Source: Octopus vulgaris | Lineage: Eukaryota | Assembly: GCA_951406725.2 (NCBI GenBank) | Contig: OX597814.1 | Location: 115,134,001-115,198,000 of the forward strand | DNA: 64,000 nt | Reading direction: 5' to 3' | Shown here: one piece after another, positions 1 to 11,844 of the stretch | Layout: every line of letters starts with the position of its first letter | How positions within the stretch are numbered: the stretch's first letter is position 1 | Notes under the pieces: model-generated | Databases searched by the model: none | What the model was told of the DNA's origin: nothing | Seen by the model: only the letters and a program-made list of their open reading frames with translations | Program-made: the position numbers and the translations under genes

Positions 1-310
1 ATTCCCAGACCGGGCTTTGTGTGTGTTTATTGAGCGAAAGTACCTAAAAGCTCCACCAGGCTCCAACAGGGGGTGGTGGCGACCCCTGTTGTACTCTTTC
101 GCTCCAACTTTCTCTTACTCTTTCTTCCTGTTTCTTCTCCCCGACTTCTTACGCAACCGCTGAGCCTAGATGCGTATTTATCCATCCGTCGATGCTCTCG
201 GTGTCGGGAGTTGACCTGCTTTCTCTTCTGCGGGTCTTACGAATAGCAAAGGACCACGTTTCGGACTTCTCCCATCTTGCGAGGTCTGGGACGAAGACCA
301 ATCGCTCAGC
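1..310 (+). mobile_element. tRNA-derived SINE, head type C (cut by window edge), tail variant a
   Basis: ATTCCCAGACCGGGC...GAGCGAAA..ACCTAAAAGCTCCA...GTACTCTTTCGC..CAACTTTCTCT body shared with copies at 2668, 5736, 28095, 35876 and 40158. Confidence 0.75.
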
Positions 311-778
311 AGCAACACTAATAGCAGCAGCATTAGGCTTATTAACTGATTACTTTTTTAAATAAGCATTTATTTGCTTATTTGTTTATTTGCAACATCA
401 GTGCCTGAACGGCTACTGAAATTCCATATATCGCTGGCAGTTCAGATTTGGATGCATGCTGCTACCAGACAATCTGCTACTGAAGAGACGGAGCATGTCG
501 AAATCACGTGCCCTGACAGTTCTGCTGCCAGTAGCAAACGATTCTCGACTGCCAGGAATATAAATATGTATACTTTTATGCACCACACGTCTCTTTGAGA
601 GGTTCTCACAATATAAATAATGAAGTATTCGCCGCTCTAAGAATACATCCAAGTTGGATATTGAGATTGTCTTTTGATATTAATACTGCTTCTGTCGCTA
701 TTATTTGACATACATACATATATCTGTTTGTATGTCCAATTGTAATAAAAACAATTTTATATTAATCTGGATTCTTTT

Positions 779-1201
779 TTTCTTTTCTATTTTACTTGTT
801 TCAGTCGTTTGACTGCGGCCATGCTGGAGCACCGCATTTAGTCGAGCAAATTGATCCGAGGACTTATTTTTTGGAAGCCTAGTACTTATTCTATCAGGCT
901 CTTTTGTCGAGCCGATAAGTTACGGGGACGTAAACACACCAGCATCGGTTGTCAAGCGATGTTGGGGGAAAACGCAAACACACAAACATATACATGTACA
1001 AACATACATATATATATATATATAAGTATACATATATACGACGGGCTTCTTTCAGTTTCCGTCTACCAAATCCACTCACAAGGCTTTGGTCAGCTCGAGG
1101 CTATAGTAGAATACACTTGCCCAAGTTGCCACGCAGTAGGAATGAACCCGGAACCATGTGGTTGGTAAGCAGGCTACTTACCACACAGCCACTCCTGCGC
1201 C
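779..1201 (-). mobile_element. tRNA-derived SINE family A (~400 bp with internal microsatellite)
   Basis: Reverse complement reads GGCGCAGGAGTGGCTGTGTGGTAAG (A box)...GGTTCCGGGTTCA (B box)...GCGGTGCTCCAGCATGGCCGCAGTCAAACGACTGAAACAAGTAAAA. About 15 copies or fragments in the window. Confidence 0.9.
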
Positions 1202-1240
1202 TATTTTCTTGTAGAGTATGATTTTATATTTAAGCAAAAT

Positions 1241-1340
1241 TATCATTGACAGTGCCTTCGAAGTTTCGGACAGCTAAGCAATCGTCAGACTGCTGAATAT
1301 AGCTTAACTGATAAGAACTTCGAAGTCACTATCAATGATA
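1241..1340. repeat. Palindrome of two head-to-head degenerate hammerhead motifs
   Basis: TATCATTGACAGTGCCTTCGAAGTTTC...GAACTTCGAAGTCACTATCAATGATA. Minus strand reads CAGT-CTGACGA-..-GAAA-CTTCGAAG-GC-ACTG. Confidence 0.7.
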
Positions 1341-1728
1341 TTCTTGATAGAATTATATACATATATATGTATGTGTGTGTGCATACATGTATAATGTTGG
1401 GTATGGCGATATATCAGGAATATGATGTACTTCGAGGAAGTAATTGAATACGGATAGCATAATCGTGTATTCTGAAATTAAAAGTGGTTTTGTCGCATAT
1501 AATTATATTGCAGTGTTTGTTATATCGCTTGGTCACTTGCAAACATGTGTTTACTTCCTAAGTAATGAAGCAGAAACGAAAATCTTGCTAAATTTGGAGT
1601 TTTCCAGCTTTGTAGACTGTTATAATTTAATGGGGGAAATTAATTAGTGTCTCTGGTTAATGACGAAAATATCAACACTCATTCATTAATGCGTGTGGAT
1701 GTATATATACATATATATATCTGTGTGC

Positions 1729-1770
<42 letters not shown>

Positions 1771-1804
1771 ATGCGTGTTATACGTACGCAACACACATGT
1801 ATAT

Positions 1805-2036
1805 ATTTTTCTCTACTACCCACAAGGGGCTAAACACAGAGGGGATAAACATGGACAGACAAACGGATTAAGTCGATTACATCGACCCCAGTGCGTAACT
1901 GGTACTTATTTAATCGACCCCGAAAGGATGAAAGTCAAAGTCAACCTCGGCGGAATTTGAACTCAGAGCGTGACGGCAGACGAAATACGGCTACGCATTT
2001 CGCCCGGCGTGCTAATGTTTCTGCCAGCTCGCCGCC
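1805..2036 (-). mobile_element. tRNA-derived SINE family B (~230 bp)
   Basis: Reverse complement GGCGGCGAGCTGGCAGAAAC...CTGAGTTCAAATTCCGCCGAGG...CTTTCATCCTTTCGGGGTCGAT..AAGTACCAG; repeated many times in the window. Confidence 0.9.
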
Positions 2037-2179
2037 AACACACATGTATATATGCATGCATACATACATAAATGGGTGGATACATACATACATAATGCCA
2101 TCCAGAAAAATGAGTGTCAACTCAAGGAATACAAGCATCAACTCAAGGAATACTGGTGGAACATTCCCATCAAAACATG

Positions 2180-2620
2180 TGTCAAGTGTAATCATAACAG
2201 GCTAGATATTGTTCTTTAAAACAGGCAAGAAAATGTATGTACTAGCATAGAGGTCACCTCTCCTGTTAATATGACCAATTAAAGAGAAAGAGGAATAACT
2301 ATGGACCACTGCTTCGAAACCTCCAGCTTCTATATCAGCATCACAAATTTACATTTATATCAAGGATAATTTGTGCACTTTTTTGTGAGTAAACGCCTAA
2401 CTGATAGTCTGGATAAGCTTGGATTTTCTGAAAAATAAACCAACCAGTTGACTTGCACATTACAAATAGAATTCATAGGTGGAACAGTAAAAATATGCAA
2501 GACTTTTCTTTAGGCTAAAATGTGACATTGTTTTCGTTATCGCCATTCCAGCGATAGAGCTATTTTTCATCTTTGTTAGAAACCAGCTCCTTTCTTAGAG
2601 GAATACTTAGAAACAGAAGA
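2180..2620 (+). mobile_element. Decayed 3' end of an RLE-endonuclease non-LTR retrotransposon (R4/Dong-like)
   Basis: Translates with frameshifts and stops to KCNHNRLDIV..NRQENVCTSIEVTSP..KEKEE.YGPLLRNLQLLY..GTVKICKTF, the HNRPD..E..K restriction-like endonuclease tail. Confidence 0.6.
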
Positions 2621-2667
2621 GAACATGCTTACACAGCCGTTTATGCATCATACATAATGTAACTGCA

Positions 2668-2955
2668 GAGGCACATGGTCTAGCAGTTAGAGCAGCGGAC
2701 TCGTGGTTGAGGGATCACGGGTTCGAATCTCAGAGCGGGCAATGTGTGTGTTTATGAACGAAACACCTAAGCTCCACGCAGCTCCGGCAGAAGGCAATGG
2801 CGAACCTATGCTGACTCTTTCGCCACTACTTTCTCTCACTCTTTTCCCGTGCATCTAGCAGCTCACCTGCGACGGACCGGCGTTCCGTCCAAGCGGGGAA
2901 CCTATACGCCAATGAAACCTGGAAACCGCCCCTTATGAGCCAGGCATGGCTCGCG
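2668..2955 (+). mobile_element. SINE head C with tail variant b
   Basis: GGCACATGGTCTAGCAGTTAGAGCAGCGGACTCG..GGTTCGAATC head. Tail CTGCGACGGACCGGCG..CCGTCCA..GGGGAACCTATACGC recurs at 63265-63362. Confidence 0.75.
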
Positions 2956-3241
2956 ATGTACTCATAACTATTATTAGAGACTTATAACTAACAATAGAGA
3001 CTCAGCAGGGACTCATTTTTCGCCTTCTAAAAAAGTACAGAACGCTACAGCTTCATACGAATAATGGAAAATATTCATACAAATATAACTAAATTAACTT
3101 AATGATACAACGTTGGCCATAGAGACTCAATAATTATAAATTCCCTCTCTATCTCTCTTACTCACACACACACACTCAGACACAGACGCGCGCGCACAGA
3201 TACACACACACACACTCAGACACAGACGCGCGCGCACAGAT

Positions 3242-3273
<32 letters not shown>

Positions 3274-3404
3274 TCATACATGACGGGTTTCCTCAGTTTT
3301 TACTCTCTATTTTCACTTAAGATGCTAATATCAGACACTTGCCCAAGTTACCAGCAATAAGTGAAGCGAACATCTTATCCACACAGTCTTCCTTGCGCCA
3401 ACAA

Positions 3405-3462
<58 letters not shown>

Positions 3463-4856
3463 AAAAAGTTTTGTGGAAGTATTTACATCTATATTACCGC
3501 GTAAAAGGTATATAACTGAACAACAAACAATTTTGATGCGTTAGCATATTACTCGGGTTAAGTTACAGCCAGCCAGCTTCAGTTGTTAATGATTTCTCTT
3601 GATACTATGCCATGAGTTTAAGTTGTATTCATTACATAAAAAATACAACACTAAATAATAAGCACCATTCAATACAAAGATCTATTGATTAGTTGTTGCT
3701 TGCAACGAGGACATCTGTAAATGGCGAGTATTCTGTAAGCTCCTACATTTAATCCTGCAATTAACAGGCATAATATTTCGTAAGAAAGAATGAAATCAGA
3801 CCCGGCGTACCACCGTCATAACCACTTGATCGCTAGATGTGTGGCCTCTTAACTGACAAAATTAGTAGGTTAATTTTCCGAAAATCACATTTGCATCTTA
3901 AACATGAAGAACGAATGTAATCTAAGACATTTTTCTTGGAAACAAGATAGAATGTCATGGCCTAAAAGTGTATGATCAGATATTCGTTCAATCAGGGCTG
4001 ACATGGAGTCAGATATACCAAAAGACAAATTAAACAGCAATTTGTGCCAATAGTAGAAAACCTGACTTGTTGCTTTTGTAGCAACTACTTAAAAGCTTGG
4101 GCTCGTGCCTTGTAAGTATTAATCATATAGAGAGTTTCATTAAATCATTGAAATCCATATCAAACCAAAAGAATTCGTAATGTAAAATTCTGTTATCAGT
4201 CAGAAATTTTAACTAGTTATAAGAGAGAAGTGGTTCAAAGGAACCAGACTGAATAGTAAAGCTATTTTTTTAATTGGTCAATTTGGAACTGACACTTTAG
4301 TGATTGTGTCAAAATTTGAACCGAATGCGGAGTCAAATTTAAAGAATCTTTATCAGACCGAGTTTTACTTGTCAAGAATTGGTAAGTTAGTGTACATTCA
4401 ATAAATATTTATTTTACTTGACAAGTTAGACAGATATCCAGTATTGAATGATTAATTTAATCATTTAAACTAAAGAAACGATTTCTTTTCGTTACCCCAA
4501 TGTCTTACAAAATAATATAATCCGAGAAAGATTCGTAAACAAAACTCAATCTGTTCTTTTTAATAATAAATCGAATTATCTCTACAGGCACTGCTTTTAA
4601 TTAAAGAGCATAGTATGGAGAAGAAAATAAAATTGATGTTTTCCTAGCCTTTTCACCAGCTAATCGATTTTTTTTATCATTTTCTGTTTTACGTGTGCAA
4701 ATTGAGTTCACTCGTATTTTTTACTATCCGCTCTTTGTGCTGCACTGCATTATAAGAATGGAGATTTTTCGTGCTTTCTACGACGTTCATTCTCTCCATT
4801 CACAAAGAACTGAAAAAGCTAAGAACAACTTACAAAGAATTTAATAAGATTTTAAG

Positions 4857-4909
<53 letters not shown>

Positions 4910-5241
4910 ACGTTAATATTTTATCATTTTGCTTTCTTGTATAATTAAGTTATAATACAAAATAATATTTCAATACATTTTGTTTAGTTTTATTATTTCT
5001 TCATTTCTTGTCTTAGTTTTAATACTTTGCAGATGGTGTGAGTTAACTAATTTCCCGAAGTATTAGCCGTTGTAGTAATGGTAAATGATACGGAGAGAAT
5101 ACATAGGCCGTCTATACGTTGTTTCACAATAAACCGATATACGCCTCTGTGTATAGTTTAATGTGTGATATATGGCAGGAACACCGATGTGGGTTACATT
5201 TGTGCTGGTATTTTCCTTTCTTGAAGTAAGGTCAATGGCAA

Positions 5242-5298
<57 letters not shown>

Positions 5299-5735
5299 TT
5301 CAGAATTCAAGTGAATGAGGTACCTAAATAATAAAGCACCAAGCTCGGGTCAAAGAAATAGCAATCGTGTACCAAACAAACTTCTCCCCGTTGTTTAATT
5401 GATATTACCTATTAATGTTTTTTTACTATTATTCACCTTACTCGGAACGTACGTTTAGCGTGGATCTGGAGTCTATTAATCGCAGTACAATAGGGGCAGT
5501 GTGCGCTTCTAAGTACAGCATTGAGACTCGTGGTATATTCAGTCAGGCGCTTGTGATCGTATATGCAACTGGAATATTAATCTGTCTGTACTTCGGTTAG
5601 TACGTATGCTTCTCTAATTTTGTTTGGTACACACCGCCATATGTGCACTTATACTAAGATGGCTTTACACTGTTACAACTTGACCAACACCAGAGAAATG
5701 AAAAAGAACGGCTTTTTTCGTCTATTTATAGTAAT

Positions 5736-6108
5736 GTGGGGGCAAAATTGCCCAGTGGTTAGGGCAGCGGACTCGGGGTCGTAGGATCACGGTTTCGATT
5801 CCCAGACTGGACGTTAAGAGAGTTTATTGAACGAAAACACCTAAAGCTCCATCAGGCTCTGGCAGTGGGTGATGGCGAACCCTGCTGTACTCTTGCACAA
5901 CAACTTTCTCTCATACTTTCTTCCTGTTTCTGTTGTACCTGTATTTCAAAGGTACAACAGCCTTTTCACACTGAATCTCCCTGAGAACTACATTAAGGGC
6001 CCACGTGTCTGTGGAGTGCTCGGTCACTTACACGTTAATTTCACGAGCAAGCTGTTCCATTGATCGGGTCAGCTGGAACCCTAGTCGTCACAACCGACGG
6101 AGTGCCAC
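5736..6108 (+). mobile_element. SINE head C with tail variant c
   Basis: tRNA-like head CCCAGTGGTTAGGGCAGCGGACTC..GGTTTCGATTCCC; tail ends GGAACCCT.GTCGTC..AACCGACGGAGTGCCA. Confidence 0.8.
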
Positions 6109-6297
6109 GATTTATAGTAATAAAGATAGTGAGGAAATCTAAAAGATTTTCACTGATATTTTATGGAGAGGAAGCCTGTTACTCCTGTTTAAGGACCACA
6201 TACTTGAAGTAATGTCATAAACTAAACATAAACTTATTGCTTAAATGTTTTTACTGCATACATTGAAGTGTCAAACTCCGTATGTATTATTCTAAGT

Positions 6298-7037
6298 CAG
6301 GGTTTCTCAAACTTTTAGGGCCACCGCACCCTCATACCCACATAATACCTTCAGCGCCCCACCCCTATTTTTATGTATAAATAAAAATTTATATTTTACT
6401 AATTTATATATAGTATGAATAATTTGATATTTAACATTATATAATTTATAGGGTGGCGAGCTGGCAGAAACGTTAGCATGCCGGGCGAAATGCTCAGTGG
6501 TATTTCGTCTGCCGTTACGTTCTGAGTTCAAATTCCGCCGAGGTCGACTTTGCCTTTCATCCTTTCGGGGTCGATTAAATAAGTACCAGTTACGCACTGG
6601 GGTCGATATAATCGACTGAATCCGTTTGTATGTCCTTGTTTGTCCCTTCTGTGTTTAGCCCCTTGTGGGTAGCAAAGAAATAGGTATTTCGTCTGCCGTT
6701 ACGTTCTGAGTTCAAATTCCGCCAAGATCGACAGTGCCTTTCATCTTTTCGGGGTCGATTAAATAAGTACCAGTTACGCACTGGGTCGATATAATCGACT
6801 TAATCCGTCTGTCTGTCCTTGTTTGTCCCCTCTATGCTTAGCCCACTGTGGACAAAACAGGAATAAATATTATATAATTTGTATACAATACTATAATATT
6901 ATAAATTCAAAAGCGTCCTCCAATCCACTGCCTTTCTCCTAATGCCTCCTTTTTCTCTACCACCTCCTTAGACGCCAGCACCCATCTGGATCCTCTCAAC
7001 GCCCACCGGGGGCAGGCGCCCACTTTGAGAATCTATG
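6298..7037. mobile_element. hAT (Charlie-like) MITE with nested SINE-B dimer
   Basis: TIRs CAGGGTTTCTCAAA / TTTGAGAATCTATG; perfect 8-bp TSD TTCTAAGT at 6290-6297 and 7038-7045. Confidence 0.85.
6451..6868 (+). mobile_element. Tandem SINE-B dimer (full copy 6451-6682 plus 5'-truncated copy 6683-6868)
   Basis: Two consecutive SINE-B bodies flanked by one TSD, ATTATATAATTT(A/G)TA (6436-6450, 6869-6883). Confidence 0.85.
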
Positions 7038-7589
7038 TTCTAAGTGTTTAGAAAAGCTATGTTGCAGGTGAAATTAATAAAATGTTGCATGAAATATACA
7101 GACACTAATCACATGCCAAGTTAACGATATGGTTGTCAACACATCGTAACCCTCTGTTAAAGTTAAATAACTAGTTCCATCTTTCGAGCACTAATTTCTT
7201 CTACGTACAAACATAACTAAAGAAAGGAAGCTACCAGGGAATATTTTGTAAACTGCTGATGCCAGTTTGATAAAATTTCAGCAATTGTTTTTTTTATTTT
7301 ATTTATTTATCTTGTATCGAAACTTTTGACTCCTCTCAGGGTGAAAAAATAAACAATAACGTTTCTCAAACTTGTTATAAATATGGAAGAAGTTAGTAAC
7401 AAAATTGTGTCGAATATGGAAGGTGTTATTCATATCTAGTCTTTTAATTTAAACAAATATATATATATAGTCTGAGAAGCTTTGCATTCGTCGACAAGAA
7501 ATATATATGTAGTCAATTACGTCTGTTTGCTGAAGCTTATATACAGCGAAGTGAAGAGGAATCTGATTTGAAGGAACCGACTACTAATA

Positions 7590-7624
<35 letters not shown>

Positions 7625-7626
<2 letters not shown>

Positions 7627-7890
7627 ATTATAAATAAGGGCAAAAGAAAAAAAATTCTATGCCAATATGGTGATTAACGATTTAAAGCCTATTTCTCAGC
7701 ATATTGGCATAGAATTTTTTTTCTTTTGCTCTTTCTTATAAATTGTTTATAATTTTCCCCTTTAAAGATATGCCCACTTGATGAAATTTTTGAAAAAAAT
7801 TTTATCCTATATTAGAAATATATATAAACAAAGGCTGTGTAAATTTTTGAATATTTATTTATAAATGTTCTAAAATCCACACAGCCTTGC
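7625..7890. repeat. Two adjacent long hairpins in a (TA)n-embedded element
   Basis: GCAAAAGAAAAAAAATTCTATGCCAATATG / CATATTGGCATAGAATTTTTTTCTTTTGC, then AAGGCTGTGTAAATTTTTGAATATTTAT / ATAAATGTTCTAAAATCCACACAGCCTT. Confidence 0.75.
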
Positions 7891-8097
7891 TTTTTTTTAT
7901 CTCATTACGAAAAAATATTTTTTTATATACACACGCTGATATATGTCCTACATTGGACCAACCCTTTTTCACATAATCACCAAACCTGGAACTTAACTAT
8001 GGTCTATCCATAGCACTTATTCAGCATTACCTGACACCTTTCGGTCTCACTGACACCATTATGTCTCATAACCTATATATGCATGAATGTATATGTA

Positions 8098-8152
<55 letters not shown>

Positions 8153-8162
8153 TGTATTAATT

Positions 8163-8369
8163 ATTTCTTTATTACCCACAAGGGGCTAAACACAGAGGGG
8201 ATAAACAAGAACAGATATCGACCCCAGTGCGTAACTGGTACTTAATTTATCGACCCCGAAAGGATGAAAGGCAAAGTCGACCTCGGCGGAATTTGAACTC
8301 ATAACGTAACGGCAGACGAAATACGGCTACGCATTTCGCCCAGCGTGCTAACGTTTCTGCCAGCTCGCC
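8163..8369 (-). mobile_element. SINE family B
   Basis: Same sequence as 1805-2036 with an internal deletion. Confidence 0.85.
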
Positions 8370-8617
8370 AATGTTTGTTTTATGTTCAGTTATAATAAAA
8401 ACCATTGATGATGGCTTAACTGGCCGAAACTTCCAAATCACCAAAATGGAGACGAGTTGATAAATGTTCAGAGATCCTTCTTTTATATGAAGTCATTGGC
8501 AGCCCCTTGTTAACCCAGAAATAAAGTATATTTATCCACCAATGCCATGTTTAGCACTCATTCTCACTCTTTGATATTAGCATATATACATATGTGTGTG
8601 TGAGAGAGAGAGGGGGT

Positions 8618-8662
<45 letters not shown>

Positions 8663-8720
8663 GATAGATAGATAGATAGCTATATATGTATGAAACTTAT
8701 ACAGACATTACGATTATCTT

Positions 8721-8760
<40 letters not shown>

Positions 8761-9404
8761 TCTCTCAGACGAAGTAAGTCTCAAAATGTGCTATTCCTTT
8801 TCTCCGCTACAATAAACAAAATTATCGAAAGCAACGAAAGAAGATACAAAAGACAAAGTATATCGAAAGAGATTTGAAAATATATTTACAACAATATCTA
8901 AAAATAGTTCATGTGACTGTCATTGTTAGTAAAATTTAGCTAAAAAAAAAAAAAAACTCTTGCAAGTCACACGTCAGAGCGACTTAGAACCATAATAATC
9001 CTTTGAAATCTGGTAGTGACCTGGAAGCTGTGACACAAAAAGCTAAAGAAGGGAAGAAACGATATTTCATATACATCCATACAAACACGCACACTCACTC
9101 ACAAACATACATACATACATATTCATACATGCATCGGTATATGTGTCTATATGTGTGTGAGCATGAATTCCTGTTTTAGTTTTCTCCACGAAAGAATTAG
9201 CTTTTGTATACAATTTTCATCGTTTTAAAGTAAAGTTAAATAGACAGTCCAACAAAACCAGTGTCACGTGTTTCATTTCATTATTGTATATTCGATATTT
9301 TGAGTGTATTCAGTAATGCGGTTGCTGATAATGTATTGTCTTACCTTGATCTATTCACATGCCAAAATGTATTCTTCAACATTTTCATTTTTCTTGCTTT
9401 GCAG

Positions 9405-9563
9405 TTAACTGAACTGGAGGAAGAATTCATTTACGCTGCAGAATTCGGAGACATTCCTACGGTGCAAAGAATCCTTCAGGATAATACAAACTTTAATATC
9501 GACTATAATGACATTCTGGGTCGCACACCGCTTCGTCTGGCAGTCGGCAATGAGCATCTGGAG
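9405..9563 (+). CDS. TRPC: Internal coding exon of a TRPC (canonical transient receptor potential) channel, N-terminal ankyrin repeats, TRPC3/6/7-like
   Basis: Polypyrimidine tract plus TTGCAG acceptor (AG 9403-9404) and GAG|GTAAGG donor at 9564. 53 codons LTELEEEFIYAAEFGDIPTVQRILQDNTNFNIDYNDILGRTPLRLAVGNEHLE match the TRPC3/6/7 N-terminus pattern LT.EEE.F..AAE.G.IP.V...L..AVGNEHLE. Confidence 0.92.
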
Positions 9564-9652
9564 GTAAGGTTCACTTTATACGTCTATTCTACAATTCAAT
9601 ATTTAAAAAAGCAAACTTAGAATGGATAAACCATACATGTGGTTAGGTAATT

Positions 9653-9717
<65 letters not shown>

Positions 9718-9720
<3 letters not shown>

Positions 9721-10124
9721 CACAGGAGTGGCTGTGTGGTAGGTAGCCTGCTTACCAACCACATGGTTCCGGGTTCAGTCGCACTGCATGGCACCTTGGG
9801 CAAGTGTCTTCTACTATAGCCTCGGGCCAACCAAAGGCTTGTGAGTGGATTTGGTAGACGGAAACTGAAAGAAGCCCGTCGTGTATATGTATATATTTAT
9901 GTATGTGTGTATATGTTTGTGTGTTTGTGTTTGTACCCCCAACATCACTTAACAACCGATGGTGGTGTGTTTACGTCCCGTAACTTAGCGGCTCGGCAAA
10001 AGAGACCGATAGAATAAGTACTAGGCTTACAAAGAATAAGTCCTGGGGTCGATTTGCTCGACTAAAAGGCGGTGCTCCAGCATGGCCACAGTCAAATGAC
10101 TGAAACAAGTAAAAGAGTAAAAGA
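9718..10124 (+). mobile_element. SINE family A
   Basis: Full-length copy 155 bp downstream of the TRPC exon, followed by a truncated diverged copy at ~10135-10473. Confidence 0.9.
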
Positions 10125-10619
10125 ATATATATTGTGGCATCAGGATCAGACCCACGGTGCAGCACCTTGGGCAAGTTTCTTCTACTATATAACTGCGGAT
10201 AGACCAATGCTTTGTGAGTAAATTTGGTAAATAGAAAATGTGTAGAAGCCTGTTATATAGTATGGGTTTGTGTGTGTGTGTGTTGTGTTTGTTCCTCTTT
10301 AACGCCTGTCAATCTGTGTTGGTTTGTTTATGTCTCCGGCAAAAAGGTTCAGACATTAGAGGTACCAGACTTAGAAATAATTACTAAGGTCAATGTGTTC
10401 GACTATAAGCTTTGCAATGCGGTGCCCCAGCATGGCCAGAGTTCAGTGACTGAAACAAGTAAAAGATAAAAGATGCTTGATAATTGTCTGAAGCGAACTA
10501 AGATAAATTTAATTATTGCAGTGTGGTAGTATATGAGATTCTTCAACTTAGAATTCTGCTTTTATGTTTATATGCCGTACGAGAAAGAGTGGTCTGGTTT
10601 TTTCAGAACTGACTGGACG

Positions 10620-10830
10620 TCTGAAAGACAAAACCAAAATGTTGCTTCCTGACATCTCAAAGGAAATCTTCCAAGATGTCTATCAATCATTATAAATTAC
10701 TGGAACATTGTTCTACAAGCACAACCATAAACACCTGATAACATAAACTGACAAAGAACTCAGTACAGACGAAGGCTCTAAATATTTTATTCGAACGAAA
10801 TGCAGAGTCACTGTGACTGCCATCGAGCTG
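10620..10830 (+). mobile_element. Possible Penelope-like element 3' remnant (GIY-YIG C-terminus plus degenerate HHR)
   Basis: Broken translation ..ISKEIFQ..WNIVLQAQP*TP resembles the PLE LSK.IW..W.I...A.PY motif, followed by CAGT-A-CAGACGA..GAAA-TGCAGAG-TC-ACTG at 10761-10813. Confidence 0.35.
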
Positions 10831-10977
10831 CTGCCAGCGAAACATCAAAGTCATTTGAATTTTTGTATCTCGATTGACATAGGTGTTGATATTAAAGGCG
10901 GATTTTCAAGATAACTTATTTTCATAGAAAGATAGTGGTAATTGATGAAGGCAAGACAAAAGCCTGTTCCTAATATA

Positions 10978-11405
10978 GGAGCAGGCATGGCTGTGTAGTA
11001 AGAAGTTTCCTTCCAACCAGATGGTTCTGGGTTCAGTTCCATTGTGTGGCAATTTGGGCAAGTATTTTCTACTATAACCTCGGCCCGCCAAAGCCTTGTG
11101 AGTGGATTTGATAGACGGAAACTGAAAGAAGCCCGTGGTATGTTTGTGTGTGTGTGTGTGTGTGTATGTGTGCGTGTGTGTGCGTGTGTGTGCGTATGTG
11201 TGTGCGCGTCCACCAATACTTGACAACTGGTGTTGGTTTGTTTACCTGCTCGTAACTTAGCGGTTCAGCAAGAGAAAAAAACTGATATAAAAAAGTACTG
11301 GGCTTAAAAAAGAATAAGTACTGTAATCAATTCGTTCAACTAAAATTCTTCAAGGCGATGCCCCAGCATGGCCGCATTTTAATGACTGAAACAAGTAAAA
11401 GATAA
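10978..11405 (+). mobile_element. SINE family A (older subfamily)
   Basis: Diverged head and GGCGATGCCCCAGCATGGCCGCA..ATGACTGAAACAAGTAAAAG tail. Confidence 0.85.
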
Positions 11406-11844
11406 AAAATAAAGCAGATGTGTTAGCGACGCCATTGTGGACGGCGTGTATCATGAGAGTTTGTTGTCAACAGAACATTACCGATCGCTGAGAAAATTCC
11501 TTATGTTTGTTTCTTTGGACAAAACGAATATTTTTTATACATGTTAGAGTAAACGATTATTATTGATTTCTTTTTGTGTTAAACTAGAATCCTTGGAATG
11601 CTGGTTGATTGTTTGGTAATTAGGTTTTAGATGTTCAAACTAGTTTTCTTCTATAGCAATGGAACATAGCATACGGTTTTATACATGCATTTTACAAAGT
11701 AACTGGGAAACGTTTAATATTTGGAGTAGATTGGAAGGTGTTTATTCTCGTTTAAACTGTCTGCGTTTCTAAGATATGTACGTATTCTCGCATATCTTTA
11801 GTAACCTTAACCTCGCTCGGACAAATGCCATTATACCTATTCAG

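Noticed and set aside
475-536. TGCTA-CTGAAGA-GAC..GTC-GAAA...GTAGCA hammerhead-like motif
   Set aside because: Core and stem II are present, but no convincing stem III and NUH can be placed next to stem I; left as a possible remnant only.
851-1221. Recurrent ORFs such as DGLLSVSVYQIHSQGFG and MRNWYLFNRPRKDE
   Set aside because: They recur because they are read from SINE families A and B, not from a gene family.
4758-4860. Short ORF MEIFRAFYD.. and AAG|GTGTAT donor as a possible first TRPC exon
   Set aside because: In-frame stop before the donor, weak donor and no TRPC similarity.
9261-9620. 119-aa ORF as a complete gene
   Set aside because: Only 9405-9563 is exonic; the flanking residues are intron read-through.
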